From the NCBI RefSeq assembly GCF_009914755.1, contig NC_060930.1: DNA of 64,000 bases; one strand, given 5' to 3'. Source of the stretch: the human T2T-CHM13v2.0 reference genome, Homo sapiens. Every line of letters starts with the position of its first letter. Within the stretch, counting starts at the first letter, position 1. Positions 11,217 to 25,489 of this stretch are shown here, one piece after another. The notes below the pieces were generated by a model that was not told where the DNA came from, did not search any database, and saw only the letters and a list, made by a program, of their open reading frames with translations. The translations under genes and the position numbers were made by a program.

Positions 11217-14200
11217 TGTAGTATTTGCATGTGTATATTTAGAGCGCATTGAAGCCCACAGTAGAAAAGGAAATAACTTCACCTAAAACCTAGACAGAAG
11301 CAATCTCAGAAACTACTTTGTGATGTGTACATTCAACTCACAGAGTGGAACTTTCCTCTTTATAGAGCAGTGTTGAAACACTCTTTTTGTAGAAACTGCA
11401 AGTGGATATTTGGACCTCTTTGAGGCCTTCGTTGGAAACGGGATTTCTTCCTATAACCCTAGACAGAAGAATTTTCAGAAACCTCATTGTGATGTGTGCG
11501 TTCATCTCACAGAGTGGAGTCTTCCGTTTGATAGAGAAGTTTTGAAACCCTGTTCTTGTAGGATTTCCAAGTGGATATTTAGACCACTTTGAAGCCTATG
11601 ATAGAAAAGGAAACATCTTCATGGAAAACATAGATAGAATCATCCTCAGAAACAACTTTGTGATGTGTGCGTTGAACTCACCGTCTTTAACCTTTCTTTT
11701 GGTAGAGAAGTTTTGAAACACTCTCTTTGTAAAGTCTACAAGTGGATATTTTGAGCCCTTGGAGGCATTCTTTGGAAAAGGGAATGTCTTCACATAAAAG
11801 GCAGACGGAAGTGTTCTCAGAAACTGCTTTGTGATGTCTGTGTTCAACTCACAGAGTTTAACATTTCCTTTGATAGAGCGGTTTAGTAACCCTCTCTTTG
11901 TAGAATTTGGAAGTGTATACTAAGAGCGCTTTGAGGCCTATGGTAGAAAAGGAAATATCTTTCCATAAAAGCTAGACAGAAGCAATCTCAGAAACTCCTC
12001 TGCGATGTCTGCATTCAACTCACCGAGTGGAACATTCCTCTTGAGAGAGCAGTTTGGAAACACTCTTTCTGTAGAATCAGCTTGTTTGTATTTGGACCTC
12101 CTTGAGGCCTTCGTTGGAAACGGGTTTTCATCTTATAAACCCAGACAGAAGAATTCTCAGAGTCTTCTTTGTGATGTGTGCTTTCAACTCACCGAGATAA
12201 AGATTTCTCTTGATAGAGCAATTTGGAAACACTCTTTTTGTAGAATTTGCAAGGGTACATTGAGAGCGCTTTCAGGCCTATGGTAGAAAAGGGAATATCT
12301 TTCCATAAAAGGTAGACAGAAGCAATCTCAGAAACTACTTTGTGATGTGTGCATTCAACTCACCGAGTGCAACGTTCCTCTTGACCGAGCAGTTTGGAAA
12401 CATTGTTTCTGTAGAATCTGCAAGTGGATATTTGGACCTCTTTGAGGCCTTCGTTGGAAACGGGATTTCTTCCTATAAACCCAGACAGAAGAATTCTCAG
12501 AGACTTCTTTGTGATGTGTGAATTCAACTCACAGTGTGGATCCTTCCTTTTGATAGAGCAGTTTTGAAACCCTGTTTTTGTAGTATTTCCAAGCGGATAT
12601 TTGGAACGCCTTGAAGCGTATGGTAGAAAAGGAAATATCTTCCCATAAAACCTAGACAGAACCAATCTCAGAAACGACTTTGTGATGTCTGCATTCAAGT
12701 CACAGAGTTGAACATTTCTCTTGATAGAGCAGTTTTGAAACCCTCTTTCTGAAGGATCTGCAAGTGGATATTTGGAACTCCTTTGGGTCTTCGTTGGAAA
12801 CGGGATTTCTTCGTATAAATCTAGACAGAAGAATTCTCCGAAACTTCTTTGGTTGTGTGCATTCAAGTCACAGAGTGGAACCTTCCTTTGGATAGAGCAG
12901 TTTGAAACGCCGTGGTTGTAGTATTTCCAAGCGGATATTAGAGCGCCTTGAGGCCTATGGTAGAAAAGGAAATATCTTCCCATAAAACCTAGACGGAAGC
13001 AATCTCAGAAACTACTGTGTGATGGCTGCATTCCACACACACGGTGGAACATTTCTCTTGATAGAGCAGTTTTGAAACACTCTTTCTGTAGAATCTGCAA
13101 GTGGATAATTGGACCGCCTTGAGGCCTTCGTTGGAAACGGGATTTCTTCATGTTACTCTAGATAGAAGAATTCTCAAACACTGCTATGTGATGTTTGCAT
13201 TCAAGTCACAGAGTGCAACATTCCTCTTGGTAGAGCAGTTGGGAAACACTCCTTTTGTAGAATCTGCAATGGGATATTTGGACTTCTTTGAGGCCTTCGT
13301 TGGAAACGGGATTTCTTCGTATGAATCTAGACAGAAGAATTCTCAGAAACTTCCTTGTGATGTGTGCATTCAACTCAGCGAGTGGCACCTTCCTTTGGAT
13401 ACAGCAGTTTTGAAACACTGTTTTTGTAGTATTTCCAAGCGGATATTTAGAGCGCCTTGAAGCCTATGCTAGAAATGGAAATATCTCCCCATAAAACCAA
13501 GACAGAAGCAATCTCAGAAACTAATGTGTGATGGCTGCATTCCACACACACGGTGGACCATTTCTCTTGATAGAGCAGTTTTGAAACACTCTTTCTGTAG
13601 AATCTGCAAGTGGATAATTGGACCTCCTAGAGGCCTTCGTTGGAAACGGGATTTCTTCATCTAAACCTACAGAGAAGAATTCTCAGTAACTTCTTCGGAT
13701 GTGTGCATTCGACGCACAGAATGGAACATTCCCTTTGATAGAGCAGTTTTGAGACACCGTTTTTGTAGAATTCCCAAGTGGATATTTAGAGCACTTTGAA
13801 GTCTCTGCTAGAAAAGGAAACATCATCATGTAAAAAGTAGATAGAATCGTTCTCAGAAAGTGCTTAGTGTCGTGTGCGTTCAACTCACAGAGTTTAACGT
13901 TTCTTTTGATAGAGCGTTTCTGAAACACCCTTCTTGTAGTAGCTGCAAGTGGATATTTGGACCTATTGGAGGCCTTCTTTGGAAATGGGATTTCTTCATG
14001 TAACTCTAGATTGAAGAATTCTCAGAAACTCCTTTGTGATGTGTGCATTCAATTCAAAGAGTGAAACCTCCCTTTTCACAGAGCAGTTTTGAAACACTGT
14101 TTTTGTAGGATTTCCAAGGGGATATTTATAGCGCATTGAGCCTACGGCGGAAAAAGAAACATCTTCCTATAAAAACTAGAGAGAATACTTCTCAGAATCT

Positions 14201-14273
14201 GCTTTGCGATGTGTGCGTTCAACTCACAGAGTAAAACTTTTCTTTTGATAGAGCAGTTTTGAAACACTCTTTT
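11217..14273 (+). repeat. HOR unit U5, 18-mer (L) with S-type 3' tail
   Basis: Spacing 11410->14467 = 3057; catcatcatg and gtgtcgtg alleles. Confidence 0.97.
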
Positions 14274-17200
14274 TGTAGTATTTGCATGTGTATATTTAGA
14301 GCGCATTGAAGCCCACAGTAGAAAAGGAAATAACTTCACCTAAAACCTAGACAGAAGCAATCTCAGAAACTACTTTGTGATGTGTACATTCAACTCACAG
14401 AGTGGAACTTTCCTCTTTATAGAGCAGTGTTGAAACACTCTTTTTGTAGAAACTGCAAGTGGATATTTGGACCTCTTTGAGGCCTTCGTTGGAAACGGGA
14501 TTTCTTCCTATAACCCTAGACAGAAGAATTTTCAGAAACCTCATTGTGATGTGTGCGTTCATCTCACAGAGTGGAGTCTTCCGTTTGATAGAGAAGTTTT
14601 GAAACCCTGTTCTTGTAGGATTTCCAAGTGGATATTTAGACCACTTTGAAGCCTATGATAGAAAAGGAAACATCTTCATGGAAAACATAGATAGAATCAT
14701 CCTCAGAAACAACTTTGTGATGTGTGCGTTGAACTCACCGTCTTTAACCTTTCTTTTGGTAGAGAAGTTTTGAAACACTCTCTTTGTAAAGTCTACAAGT
14801 GGATATTTTGAGCCCTTGGAGGCATTCTTTGGAAAAGGGAATGTCTTCACATAAAAGGCAGACGGAAGTGTTCTCAGAAACTGCTTTGTGATGTCTGTGT
14901 TCAACTCACAGAGTTTAACATTTCCTTTGATAGAGCGGTTTAGTAACCCTCTCTTTGTAGAATTTGGAAGTGTATACTAAGAGCGCTTTGAGGCCTATGG
15001 TAGAAAAGGAAATATCTTTCCATAAAAGCTAGACAGAAGCAATCTCAGAAACTCCTTTGCGATGTCTGCATTCAACTCACCGAGTGGAACATTCCTCTTG
15101 AGAGAGCAGTTTGGAAACACTCTTTCTGTAGAATCAGCTTGTTTGTATTTGGACCTCCTTGAGGCCTTCGTTGGAAACGGGTTTTCATCTTATAAACCCA
15201 GACAGAAGAATTCTCAGAGTCTTCTTTGTGATGTGTGCTTTCAACTCACCGAGATAAAGATTTCTCTTGATAGAGCAATTTGGAAACACTCTTTTTGTAG
15301 AATTTGCAAGGGTACATTGAGAGCGCTTTCAGGCCTATGGTAGAAAAGGGAATATCTTTCCATAAAAGGTAGACAGAAGCAATCTCAGAAACTACTTTGT
15401 GATGTGTGCATTCAACTCACCGAGTGCAACGTTCCTCTTGACCGAGCAGTTTGGAAACATTGTTTCTGTAGAATCTGCAAGTGGATATTTGGACCTCTTT
15501 GAGGCCTTCGTTGGAAACGGGATTTCTTCCTATAAACCCAGACAGAAGAATTCTCAGAGACTTCTTTGTGATGTGTGAATTCAACTCACAGTGTGGATCC
15601 TTCCTTTTGATAGAGCAGTTTTGAAACCCTGTTTTTGTAGTATTTCCAAGCGGATATTTGGAACGCCTTGAAGCGTATGGTAGAAAAGGAAATATCTTCC
15701 CATAAAACCTAGACAGAACCAATCTCAGAAACGACTTTGTGATGTCTGCATTCAACTCACAGAGTTGAACATTTCTCTTGATAGAGCAGTTTTGAAACCC
15801 TCTTTCTGAAGGATCTGCAAGTGGATATTTGGAACTCCTTTGGGTCTTCGTTGGAAACGGGATTTCTTCGTATAAATCTAGACAGAAGAATTCTCCGAAA
15901 CTTCTTTGGTTGTGTGCATTCAAGTCACAGAGTGGAACCTTCCTTTGGATAGAGCAGTTTGAAACGCCGTGGTTGTAGTATTTCCAAGCGGATATTAGAG
16001 CGCCTTGAGGCCTATGGTAGAAAAGGAAATATCTTCCCATAAAACCTAGACGGAAGCAATCTCAGAAACTACTGTGTGATGGCTGCATTCCACACACACG
16101 GTGGAACATTTCTCTTGATAGAGCAGTTTTGAAACACTCTTTCTGTAGAATCTGCAAGTGGATAATTGGACCGCCTTGAGGCCTTCGTTGGAAACGGGAT
16201 TTCTTCATGTTACTCTAGATAGAAGAATTCTCAAACACTGCTATGTGATGTTTGCATTCAAGTCACAGAGTGCAACATTCCTCTTGGTAGAGCAGTTGGG
16301 AAACACTCCTTTTGTAGAATCTGCAATGGGATATTTGGACTTCTTTGAGGCCTTCGTTGGAAACGGGATTTCTTCGTATGAATCTAGACAGAAGAATTCT
16401 CAGAAACTTCCTTGTGATGTGTGCATTCAACTCAGCGAGTGGCACCTTCCTTTGGATACAGCAGTTTTGAAACACTGTTTTTGTAGTATTTCCAAGCGGA
16501 TATTTAGAGCGCCTTGAAGCCTATGCTAGAAATGGAAATATCTCCCCATAAAACCAAGACAGAAGCAATCTCAGAAACTAATGTGTGATGGCTGCATTCC
16601 ACACACACGGTGGACCATTTCTCTTGATAGAGCAGTTTTGAAACACTCTTTCTGTAGAATCTGCAAGTGGATAATTGGACCTCCTAGAGGCCTTCGTTGG
16701 AAACGGGATTTCTTCATCTAAACCTACAGAGAAGAATTCTCAGTAACTTCTTCGGATGTGTGCATTCGACGCACAGAATGGAACATTCCCTTTGATAGAG
16801 CAGTTTTGAGACACCGTTTTTGTAGAATTCCCAAGTGGATATTTAGAGCACTTTGAAGTCTCTGCTAGAAAAGGAAACATCTTCATGTAAAAAGTAGATA
16901 GAATCGTTCTCAGAAAGTGCTTAGTGACGTGTGCGTTCAACTCACAGAGTTTAACGTTTCTTTTGATAGAGCGTTTCTGAAACACCCTTCTTGTAGTAGC
17001 TGCAAGTGGATATTTGGACCTATTGGAGGCCTTCTTTGGAAATGGGATTTCTTCATGTAACTCTAGATTGAAGAGTTCTCAGAAACTCCTTTGTGATGTG
17101 TGCATTCAATTCAAAGAGTGAAACCTCCCTTTTCACAGAGCAGTTTTGAAACACTGTTTTTGTAGGATTTCCAAGGGGATATTTATAGCGCATTGAGCCT

Positions 17201-17330
17201 ACGGCGGAAAAAGAAACATCTTCCTATAAAAACTAGACAGAATACTTCTCAGAATCTGCTTTGCGATGTGTGCGTTCAACTCACAGAGTAAAACTTTTCT
17301 TTTGATAGAGCAGTTTTGAAACACTCTTTT
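14274..17330 (+). repeat. HOR unit U6, 18-mer (L)
   Basis: Spacing 14467->17524 = 3057. Confidence 0.97.
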
Positions 17331-19881
17331 TGTAGTATTTGCATGTGTATATTTAGAGCGCATTGAAGCCCACAGTAGAAAAGGAAATAACTTCACCTAA
17401 AACCTAGACAGAAGCAATCTCAGAAACTACTTTGTGATGTGTACATTCAACTCACAGAGTGGAACTTTCCTCTTTATAGAGCAGTGTTGAAACACTCTTT
17501 TTGTAGAAACTGCAAGTGGATATTTGGACCTCTTTGAGGCCTTCGTTGGAAACGGGATTTCTTCCTATAACCCTAGACAGAAGAATTTTCAGAAACCTCA
17601 TTGTGATGTGTGCGTTCATCTCACAGAGTGGAGTCTTCCGTTTGATAGAGAAGTTTTGAAACCCTGTTCTTGTAGGATTTCCAAGTGGATATTTAGACCA
17701 CTTTGAAGCCTATGATAGAAAAGGAAACATCTTCATGGAAAACATAGATAGAATCATCCTCAGAAACAACTTTGTGATGTGTGCGTTGAACTCACCGTCT
17801 TTAACCTTTCTTTTGGTAGAGAAGTTTTGAAACACTCTCTTTGTAAAGTCTACAAGTGGATATTTTGAGCCCTTGGAGGCATTCTTTGGAAAAGGGAATG
17901 TCTTCACATAAAAGGCAGACGGAAGTGTTCTCAGAAACTGCTTTGTGATGTCTGTGTTCAACTCACAGAGTTTAACATTTCCTTTGATAGAGCGGTTTAG
18001 TAACCCTCTCTTTGTAGAATTTGGAAGTGTATACTAAGAGCGCTTTGAGGCCTATGGTAGAAAAGGAAATATCTTTCCATAAAAGCTAGACAGAAGCAAT
18101 CTCAGAAACTCCTCTGTGATGTCTGCATTCAACTCACCGAGTGGAACATTCCTCTTGAGAGAGCAGTTTGGAAACACTCTTTCTGTAGAATCAGCTTGTT
18201 TGTATTTGGACCTCCTTGAGGCCTTCGTTGGAAACGGGTTTTCATCTTATAAACCCAGACAGAAGAATTCTCAGAGTCTTCTTTGTGATGTGTGCTTTCA
18301 ACTCACCGAGATAAAGATTTCTCTTGATAGAGCAATTTGGAAACACTCTTTTTGTAGAATTTGCAAGGGTACATTGAGAGCGCTTTCAGGCCTATGGTAG
18401 AAAAGGGAATATCTTTCCATAAAAGGTAGACAGAAGCAATCTCAGAAACTACTTTGTGATGTGTGCATTCAACTCACCGAGTGCAACGTTCCTCTTGACC
18501 GAGCAGTTTGGAAACATTGTTTCTGTAGAATCTGCAAGTGGATATTTGGACCTCTTTGAGGCCTTCGTTGGAAACGGGATTTCTTCCTATAAACCCAGAC
18601 AGAAGAATTCTCAGAGACTTCTTTGTGATGTGTGAATTCAACTCACAGTGTGGATCCTTCCTTTTGATAGAGCAGTTTTGAAACCCTGTTTTTGTAGTAT
18701 TTCCAAGCGGATATTTGGAACGCCTTGAAGCGTATGGTAGAAAAGGAAATATCTTCCCATAAAACCTAGACAGAACCAATCTCAGAAACGACTTTGTGAT
18801 GTCTGCATTCAACTCACAGAGTTGAACATTTCTCTTGATAGAGCAGTTTTGAAACCCTCTTTCTGAAGGATCTGCAAGTGGATATTTGGAACTCCTTTGG
18901 GTCTTCGTTGGAAACGGGATTTCTTCGTATAAATCTAGACAGAAGAATTCTCAGAAACTTCCTTGTGATGTGTGCATTCAACTCAGCGAGTGGCACCTTC
19001 CTTTGGATACAGCAGTTTTGAAACACTGTTTTTGTAGTATTTCCAAGCGGATATTTAGAGCGCCTTGAAGCCTATGCTAGAAATGGAAATATCTCCCCAT
19101 AAAACCAAGACGGAAGCAATCTCAGAAACTAATGTGTGATGGCTGCATTCCACACACACGGTGGACCATTTCTCTTGATAGAGCAGTTTTGAAACACTCT
19201 TTCTGTAGAATCTGCAAGTGGATAATTGGACCTCCGAGAGGCCTTCGTTGGAAACGGGATTTCTTCATCTAAACCTACAGAGAAGTATTCTCAGTAACTT
19301 CTTCGGATGTGTGCATTCGACGCACAGAATGGAACATTCCCTTTGATAGAGCAGTTTTGAGACACCGTTTTTGTAGAATTCCCAAGTGGATATTTAGAGC
19401 ACTTTGAAGTCTCTGCTAGAAAAGGAAACATCATCATGTAAAAAGTAGATAGAATCGTTCTCAGAAAGTGCTTAGTGTCGTGTGCGTTCAACTCACAGAG
19501 TTTAACGTTTCTTTTGATAGAGCGTTTCTGAAACACCCTTCTTGTAGTAGCTGCAAGTGGATATTTGGACCTATTGGAGGCCTTCTTTGGAAATGGGATT
19601 TCTTCATGTAACTCTAGATTGAAGAATTCTCAGAAACTCCTTTGTGATGTGTGCATTCAATTCAAAGAGTGAAACCTCCCTTTTCACAGAGCAGTTTTGA
19701 AACACTGTTTTTGTAGGATTTCCAAGGGGATATTTATAGCGCATTGAGCCTACGGCGGAAAAAGAAACATCTTCCTATAAAAACTAGAGAGAATACTTCT
19801 CAGAATCTGCTTTGCGATGTGTGCGTTCAACTCACAGAGTAAAACTTTTCTTTTGATAGAGCAGTTTTGAAACACTCTTTT
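17331..19881 (+). repeat. HOR unit U7, 15-mer (S)
   Basis: Spacing 17524->20075 = 2551. Confidence 0.97.
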
Positions 19882-22800
19882 TGTAGTATTTGCATGTGTA
19901 TATTTAGAGCGCATTGAAGCCCACAGTAGAAAAGGAAATAACTTCACCTAAAACCTAGACAGAAGCAATCTCAGAAACTACTTTGTGATGTGTACATTCA
20001 ACTCACAGAGTGGAACTTTCCTCTTTATAGAGCAGTGTTGAAACACTCTTTTTGTAGAAACTGCAAGTGGATATTTGGACCTCTTTGAGGCCTTCGTTGG
20101 AAACGGGATTTCTTCCTATAACCCTAGACAGAAGAATTTTCAGAAACCTCATTGTGATGTGTGCGTTCATCTCACAGAGTGGAGTCTTCCGTTTGATAGA
20201 GAAGTTTTGAAACCCTGTTCTTGTAGGATTTCCAAGTGGATATTTAGACCACTTTGAAGCCTATGATAGAAAAGGAAACATCTTCATGGAAAACATAGAT
20301 AGAATCATCCTCAGAAACAACTTTGTGATGTGTGCGTTGAACTCACCGTCTTTAACCTTTCTTTTGGTAGAGAAGTTTTGAAACACTCTCTTTGTAAAGT
20401 CTACAAGTGGATATTTTGAGCCCTTGGAGGCATTCTTTGGAAAAGGGAATGTCTTCACATAAAAGGCAGACGGAAGTGTTCTCAGAAACTGCTTTGTGAT
20501 GTCTGTGTTCAACTCACAGAGTTTAACATTTCCTTTGATAGAGCGGTTTAGTAACCCTCTCTTTGTAGAATTTGGAAGTGTATACTAAGAGCGCTTTGAG
20601 GCCTATGGTAGAAAAGGAAATATCTTTCCATAAAAGCTAGACAGAAGCAATCTCAGAAACTCCTTTGCGATGTCTGCATTCAACTCACCGAGTGGAACAT
20701 TCCTCTTGAGAGAGCAGTTTGGAAACACTCTTTCTGTAGAATCAGCTTGTTTGTATTTGGACCTCCTTGAGGCCTTCGTTGGAAACGGGTTTTCATCTTA
20801 TAAACCCAGACAGAAGAATTCTCAGAGTCTTCTTTGTGATGTGTGCTTTCAACTCACCGAGATAAAGATTTCTCTTGATAGAGCAATTTGGAAACACTCT
20901 TTTTGTAGAATTTGCAAGGGTACATTGAGAGCGCTTTCAGGCCTATGGTAGAAAAGGGAATATCTTTCCATAAAAGGTAGACAGAAGCAATCTCAGAAAC
21001 TACTTTGTGATGTGTGCATTCAACTCACCGAGTGCAACGTTCCTCTTGACCGAGCAGTTTGGAAACATTGTTTCTGTAGAATCTGCAAGTGGATATTTGG
21101 ACCTCTTTGAGGCCTTCGTTGGAAACGGGATTTCTTCCTATAAACCCAGACAGAAGAATTCTCAGAGACTTCTTTGTGATGTGTGAATTCAACTCACAGT
21201 GTGGATCCTTCCTTTTGATAGAGCAGTTTTGAAACCCTGTTTTTGTAGTATTTCCAAGCGGATATTTGGAACGCCTTGAAGCGTATGGTAGAAAAGGAAA
21301 TATCTTCCCATAAAACCTAGACAGAACCAATCTCAGAAACGACTTTGTGATGTCTGCATTCAAGTCACAGAGTTGAACATTTCTCTTGATAGAGCAGTTT
21401 TGAAACCCTCTTTCTGAAGGATCTGCAAGTGGATATTTGGAACTCCTTTGGGTCTTCGTTGGAAACGGGATTTCTTCGTATAAATCTAGACAGAAGAATT
21501 CTCCGAAACTTCTTTGGTTGTGTGCATTCAAGTCACAGAGTGGAACCTTCCTTTGGATAGAGCAGTTTGAAACGCCGTGGTTGTAGTATTTCCAAGCGGA
21601 TATTAGAGCGCCTTGAGGCCTATGGTAGAAAAGGAAATATCTTCCCATAAAACCTAGACGGAAGCAATCTCAGAAACTACTGTGTGATGGCTGCATTCCA
21701 CACACACGGTGGAACATTTCTCTTGATAGAGCAGTTTTGAAACACTCTTTCTGTAGAATCTGCAAGTGGATAATTGGACCGCCTTGAGGCCTTCGTTGGA
21801 AACGGGATTTCTTCATGTTACTCTAGATAGAAGAATTCTCAAACACTGCTATGTGATGTTTGCATTCAAGTCACAGAGTGCAACATTCCTCTTGGTAGAG
21901 CAGTTGGGAAACACTCCTTTTGTAGAATCTGCAATGGGATATTTGGACTTCTTTGAGGCCTTCGTTGGAAACGGGATTTCTTCGTATGAATCTAGACAGA
22001 AGAATTCTCAGAAACTTCCTTGTGATGTGTGCATTCAACTCAGCGAGTGGCACCTTCCTTTGGATACAGCAGTTTTGAAACACTGTTTTTGTAGTATTTC
22101 CAAGCGGATATTTAGAGCGCCTTGAAGCCTATGCTAGAAATGGAAATATCTCCCCATAAAACCAAGACAGAAGCAATCTCAGAAACTAATGTGTGATGGC
22201 TGCATTCCACACACACGGTGGACCATTTCTCTTGATAGAGCAGTTTTGAAACACTCTTTCTGTAGAATCTGCAAGTGGATAATTGGACCTCCTAGAGGCC
22301 TTCGTTGGAAACGGGATTTCTTCATCTAAACCTACAGAGAAGAATTCTCAGTAACTTCTTCGGATGTGTGCATTCGACGCACAGAATGGAACATTCCCTT
22401 TGATAGAGCAGTTTTGAGACACCGTTTTTGTAGAATTCCCAAGTGGATATTTAGAGCACTTTGAAGTCTCTGCTAGAAAAGGAAACATCTTCATGTAAAA
22501 AGTAGATAGAATCGTTCTCAGAAAGTGCTTAGTGACGTGTGCGTTCAACTCACAGAGTTTAACGTTTCTTTTGATAGAGCGTTTCTGAAACACCCTTCTT
22601 GTAGTAGCTGCAAGTGGATATTTGGACCTATTGGAGGCCTTCTTTGGAAATGGGATTTCTTCATGTAACTCTAGATTGAAGAGTTCTCAGAAACTCCTTT
22701 GTGATGTGTGCATTCAATTCAAAGAGTGAAACCTCCCTTTTCACAGAGCAGTTTTGAAACACTGTTTTTGTAGGATTTCCAAGGGGATATTTATAGCGCA

Positions 22801-22938
22801 TTGAGCCTACGGCGGAAAAAGAAACATCTTCCTATAAAAACTAGACAGAATACTTCTCAGAATCTGCTTTGCGATGTGTGCGTTCAACTCACAGAGTAAA
22901 ACTTTTCTTTTGATAGAGCAGTTTTGAAACACTCTTTT
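19882..22938 (+). repeat. HOR unit U8, 18-mer (L)
   Basis: Spacing 20075->23132 = 3057. Confidence 0.97.
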
Positions 22939-25489
22939 TGTAGTATTTGCATGTGTATATTTAGAGCGCATTGAAGCCCACAGTAGAAAAGGAAATAACT
23001 TCACCTAAAACCTAGACAGAAGCAATCTCAGAAACTACTTTGTGATGTGTACATTCAACTCACAGAGTGGAACTTTCCTCTTTATAGAGCAGTGTTGAAA
23101 CACTCTTTTTGTAGAAACTGCAAGTGGATATTTGGACCTCTTTGAGGCCTTCGTTGGAAACGGGATTTCTTCCTATAACCCTAGACAGAAGAATTTTCAG
23201 AAACCTCATTGTGATGTGTGCGTTCATCTCACAGAGTGGAGTCTTCCGTTTGATAGAGAAGTTTTGAAACCCTGTTCTTGTAGGATTTCCAAGTGGATAT
23301 TTAGACCACTTTGAAGCCTATGATAGAAAAGGAAACATCTTCATGGAAAACATAGATAGAATCATCCTCAGAAACAACTTTGTGATGTGTGCGTTGAACT
23401 CACCGTCTTTAACCTTTCTTTTGGTAGAGAAGTTTTGAAACACTCTCTTTGTAAAGTCTACAAGTGGATATTTTGAGCCCTTGGAGGCATTCTTTGGAAA
23501 AGGGAATGTCTTCACATAAAAGGCAGACGGAAGTGTTCTCAGAAACTGCTTTGTGATGTCTGTGTTCAACTCACAGAGTTTAACATTTCCTTTGATAGAG
23601 CGGTTTAGTAACCCTCTCTTTGTAGAATTTGGAAGTGTATACTAAGAGCGCTTTGAGGCCTATGGTAGAAAAGGAAATATCTTTCCATAAAAGCTAGACA
23701 GAAGCAATCTCAGAAACTCCTCTGTGATGTCTGCATTCAACTCACCGAGTGGAACATTCCTCTTGAGAGAGCAGTTTGGAAACACTCTTTCTGTAGAATC
23801 AGCTTGTTTGTATTTGGACCTCCTTGAGGCCTTCGTTGGAAACGGGTTTTCATCTTATAAACCCAGACAGAAGAATTCTCAGAGTCTTCTTTGTGATGTG
23901 TGCTTTCAACTCACCGAGATAAAGATTTCTCTTGATAGAGCAATTTGGAAACACTCTTTTTGTAGAATTTGCAAGGGTACATTGAGAGCGCTTTCAGGCC
24001 TATGGTAGAAAAGGGAATATCTTTCCATAAAAGGTAGACAGAAGCAATCTCAGAAACTACTTTGTGATGTGTGCATTCAACTCACCGAGTGCAACGTTCC
24101 TCTTGACCGAGCAGTTTGGAAACATTGTTTCTGTAGAATCTGCAAGTGGATATTTGGACCTCTTTGAGGCCTTCGTTGGAAACGGGATTTCTTCCTATAA
24201 ACCCAGACAGAAGAATTCTCAGAGACTTCTTTGTGATGTGTGAATTCAACTCACAGTGTGGATCCTTCCTTTTGATAGAGCAGTTTTGAAACCCTGTTTT
24301 TGTAGTATTTCCAAGCGGATATTTGGAACGCCTTGAAGCGTATGGTAGAAAAGGAAATATCTTCCCATAAAACCTAGACAGAACCAATCTCAGAAACGAC
24401 TTTGTGATGTCTGCATTCAAGTCACAGAGTTGAACATTTCTCTTGATAGAGCAGTTTTGAAACCCTCTTTCTGAAGGATCTGCAAGTGGATATTTGGAAC
24501 TCCTTTGGGTCTTCGTTGGAAACGGGATTTCTTCGTATAAATCTAGACAGAAGAATTCTCAGAAACTTCCTTGTGATGTGTGCATTCAACTCAGCGAGTG
24601 GCACCTTCCTTTGGATACAGCAGTTTTGAAACACTGTTTTTGTAGTATTTCCAAGCGGATATTTAGAGCGCCTTGAAGCCTATGCTAGAAATGGAAATAT
24701 CTCCCCATAAAACCAAGACGGAAGCAATCTCAGAAACTAATGTGTGATGGCTGCATTCCACACACACGGTGGACCATTTCTCTTGATAGAGCAGTTTTGA
24801 AACACTCTTTCTGTAGAATCTGCAAGTGGATAATTGGACCTCCGAGAGGCCTTCGTTGGAAACGGGATTTCTTCATCTAAACCTACAGAGAAGTATTCTC
24901 AGTAACTTCTTCGGATGTGTGCATTCGACGCACAGAATGGAACATTCCCTTTGATAGAGCAGTTTTGAGACACCGTTTTTGTAGAATTCCCAAGTGGATA
25001 TTTAGAGCACTTTGAAGTCTCTGCTAGAAAAGGAAACATCATCATGTAAAAAGTAGATAGAATCGTTCTCAGAAAGTGCTTAGTGTCGTGTGCGTTCAAC
25101 TCACAGAGTTTAACGTTTCTTTTGATAGAGCGTTTCTGAAACACCCTTCTTGTAGTAGCTGCAAGTGGATATTTGGACCTATTGGAGGCCTTCTTTGGAA
25201 ATGGGATTTCTTCATGTAACTCTAGATTGAAGAATTCTCAGAAACTCCTTTGTGATGTGTGCATTCAATTCAAAGAGTGAAACCTCCCTTTTCACAGAGC
25301 AGTTTTGAAACACTGTTTTTGTAGGATTTCCAAGGGGATATTTATAGCGCATTGAGCCTACGGCGGAAAAAGAAACATCTTCCTATAAAAACTAGAGAGA
25401 ATACTTCTCAGAATCTGCTTTGCGATGTGTGCGTTCAACTCACAGAGTAAAACTTTTCTTTTGATAGAGCAGTTTTGAAACACTCTTTT
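22939..25489 (+). repeat. HOR unit U9, 15-mer (S)
   Basis: Spacing 23132->25683 = 2551. Confidence 0.97.
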
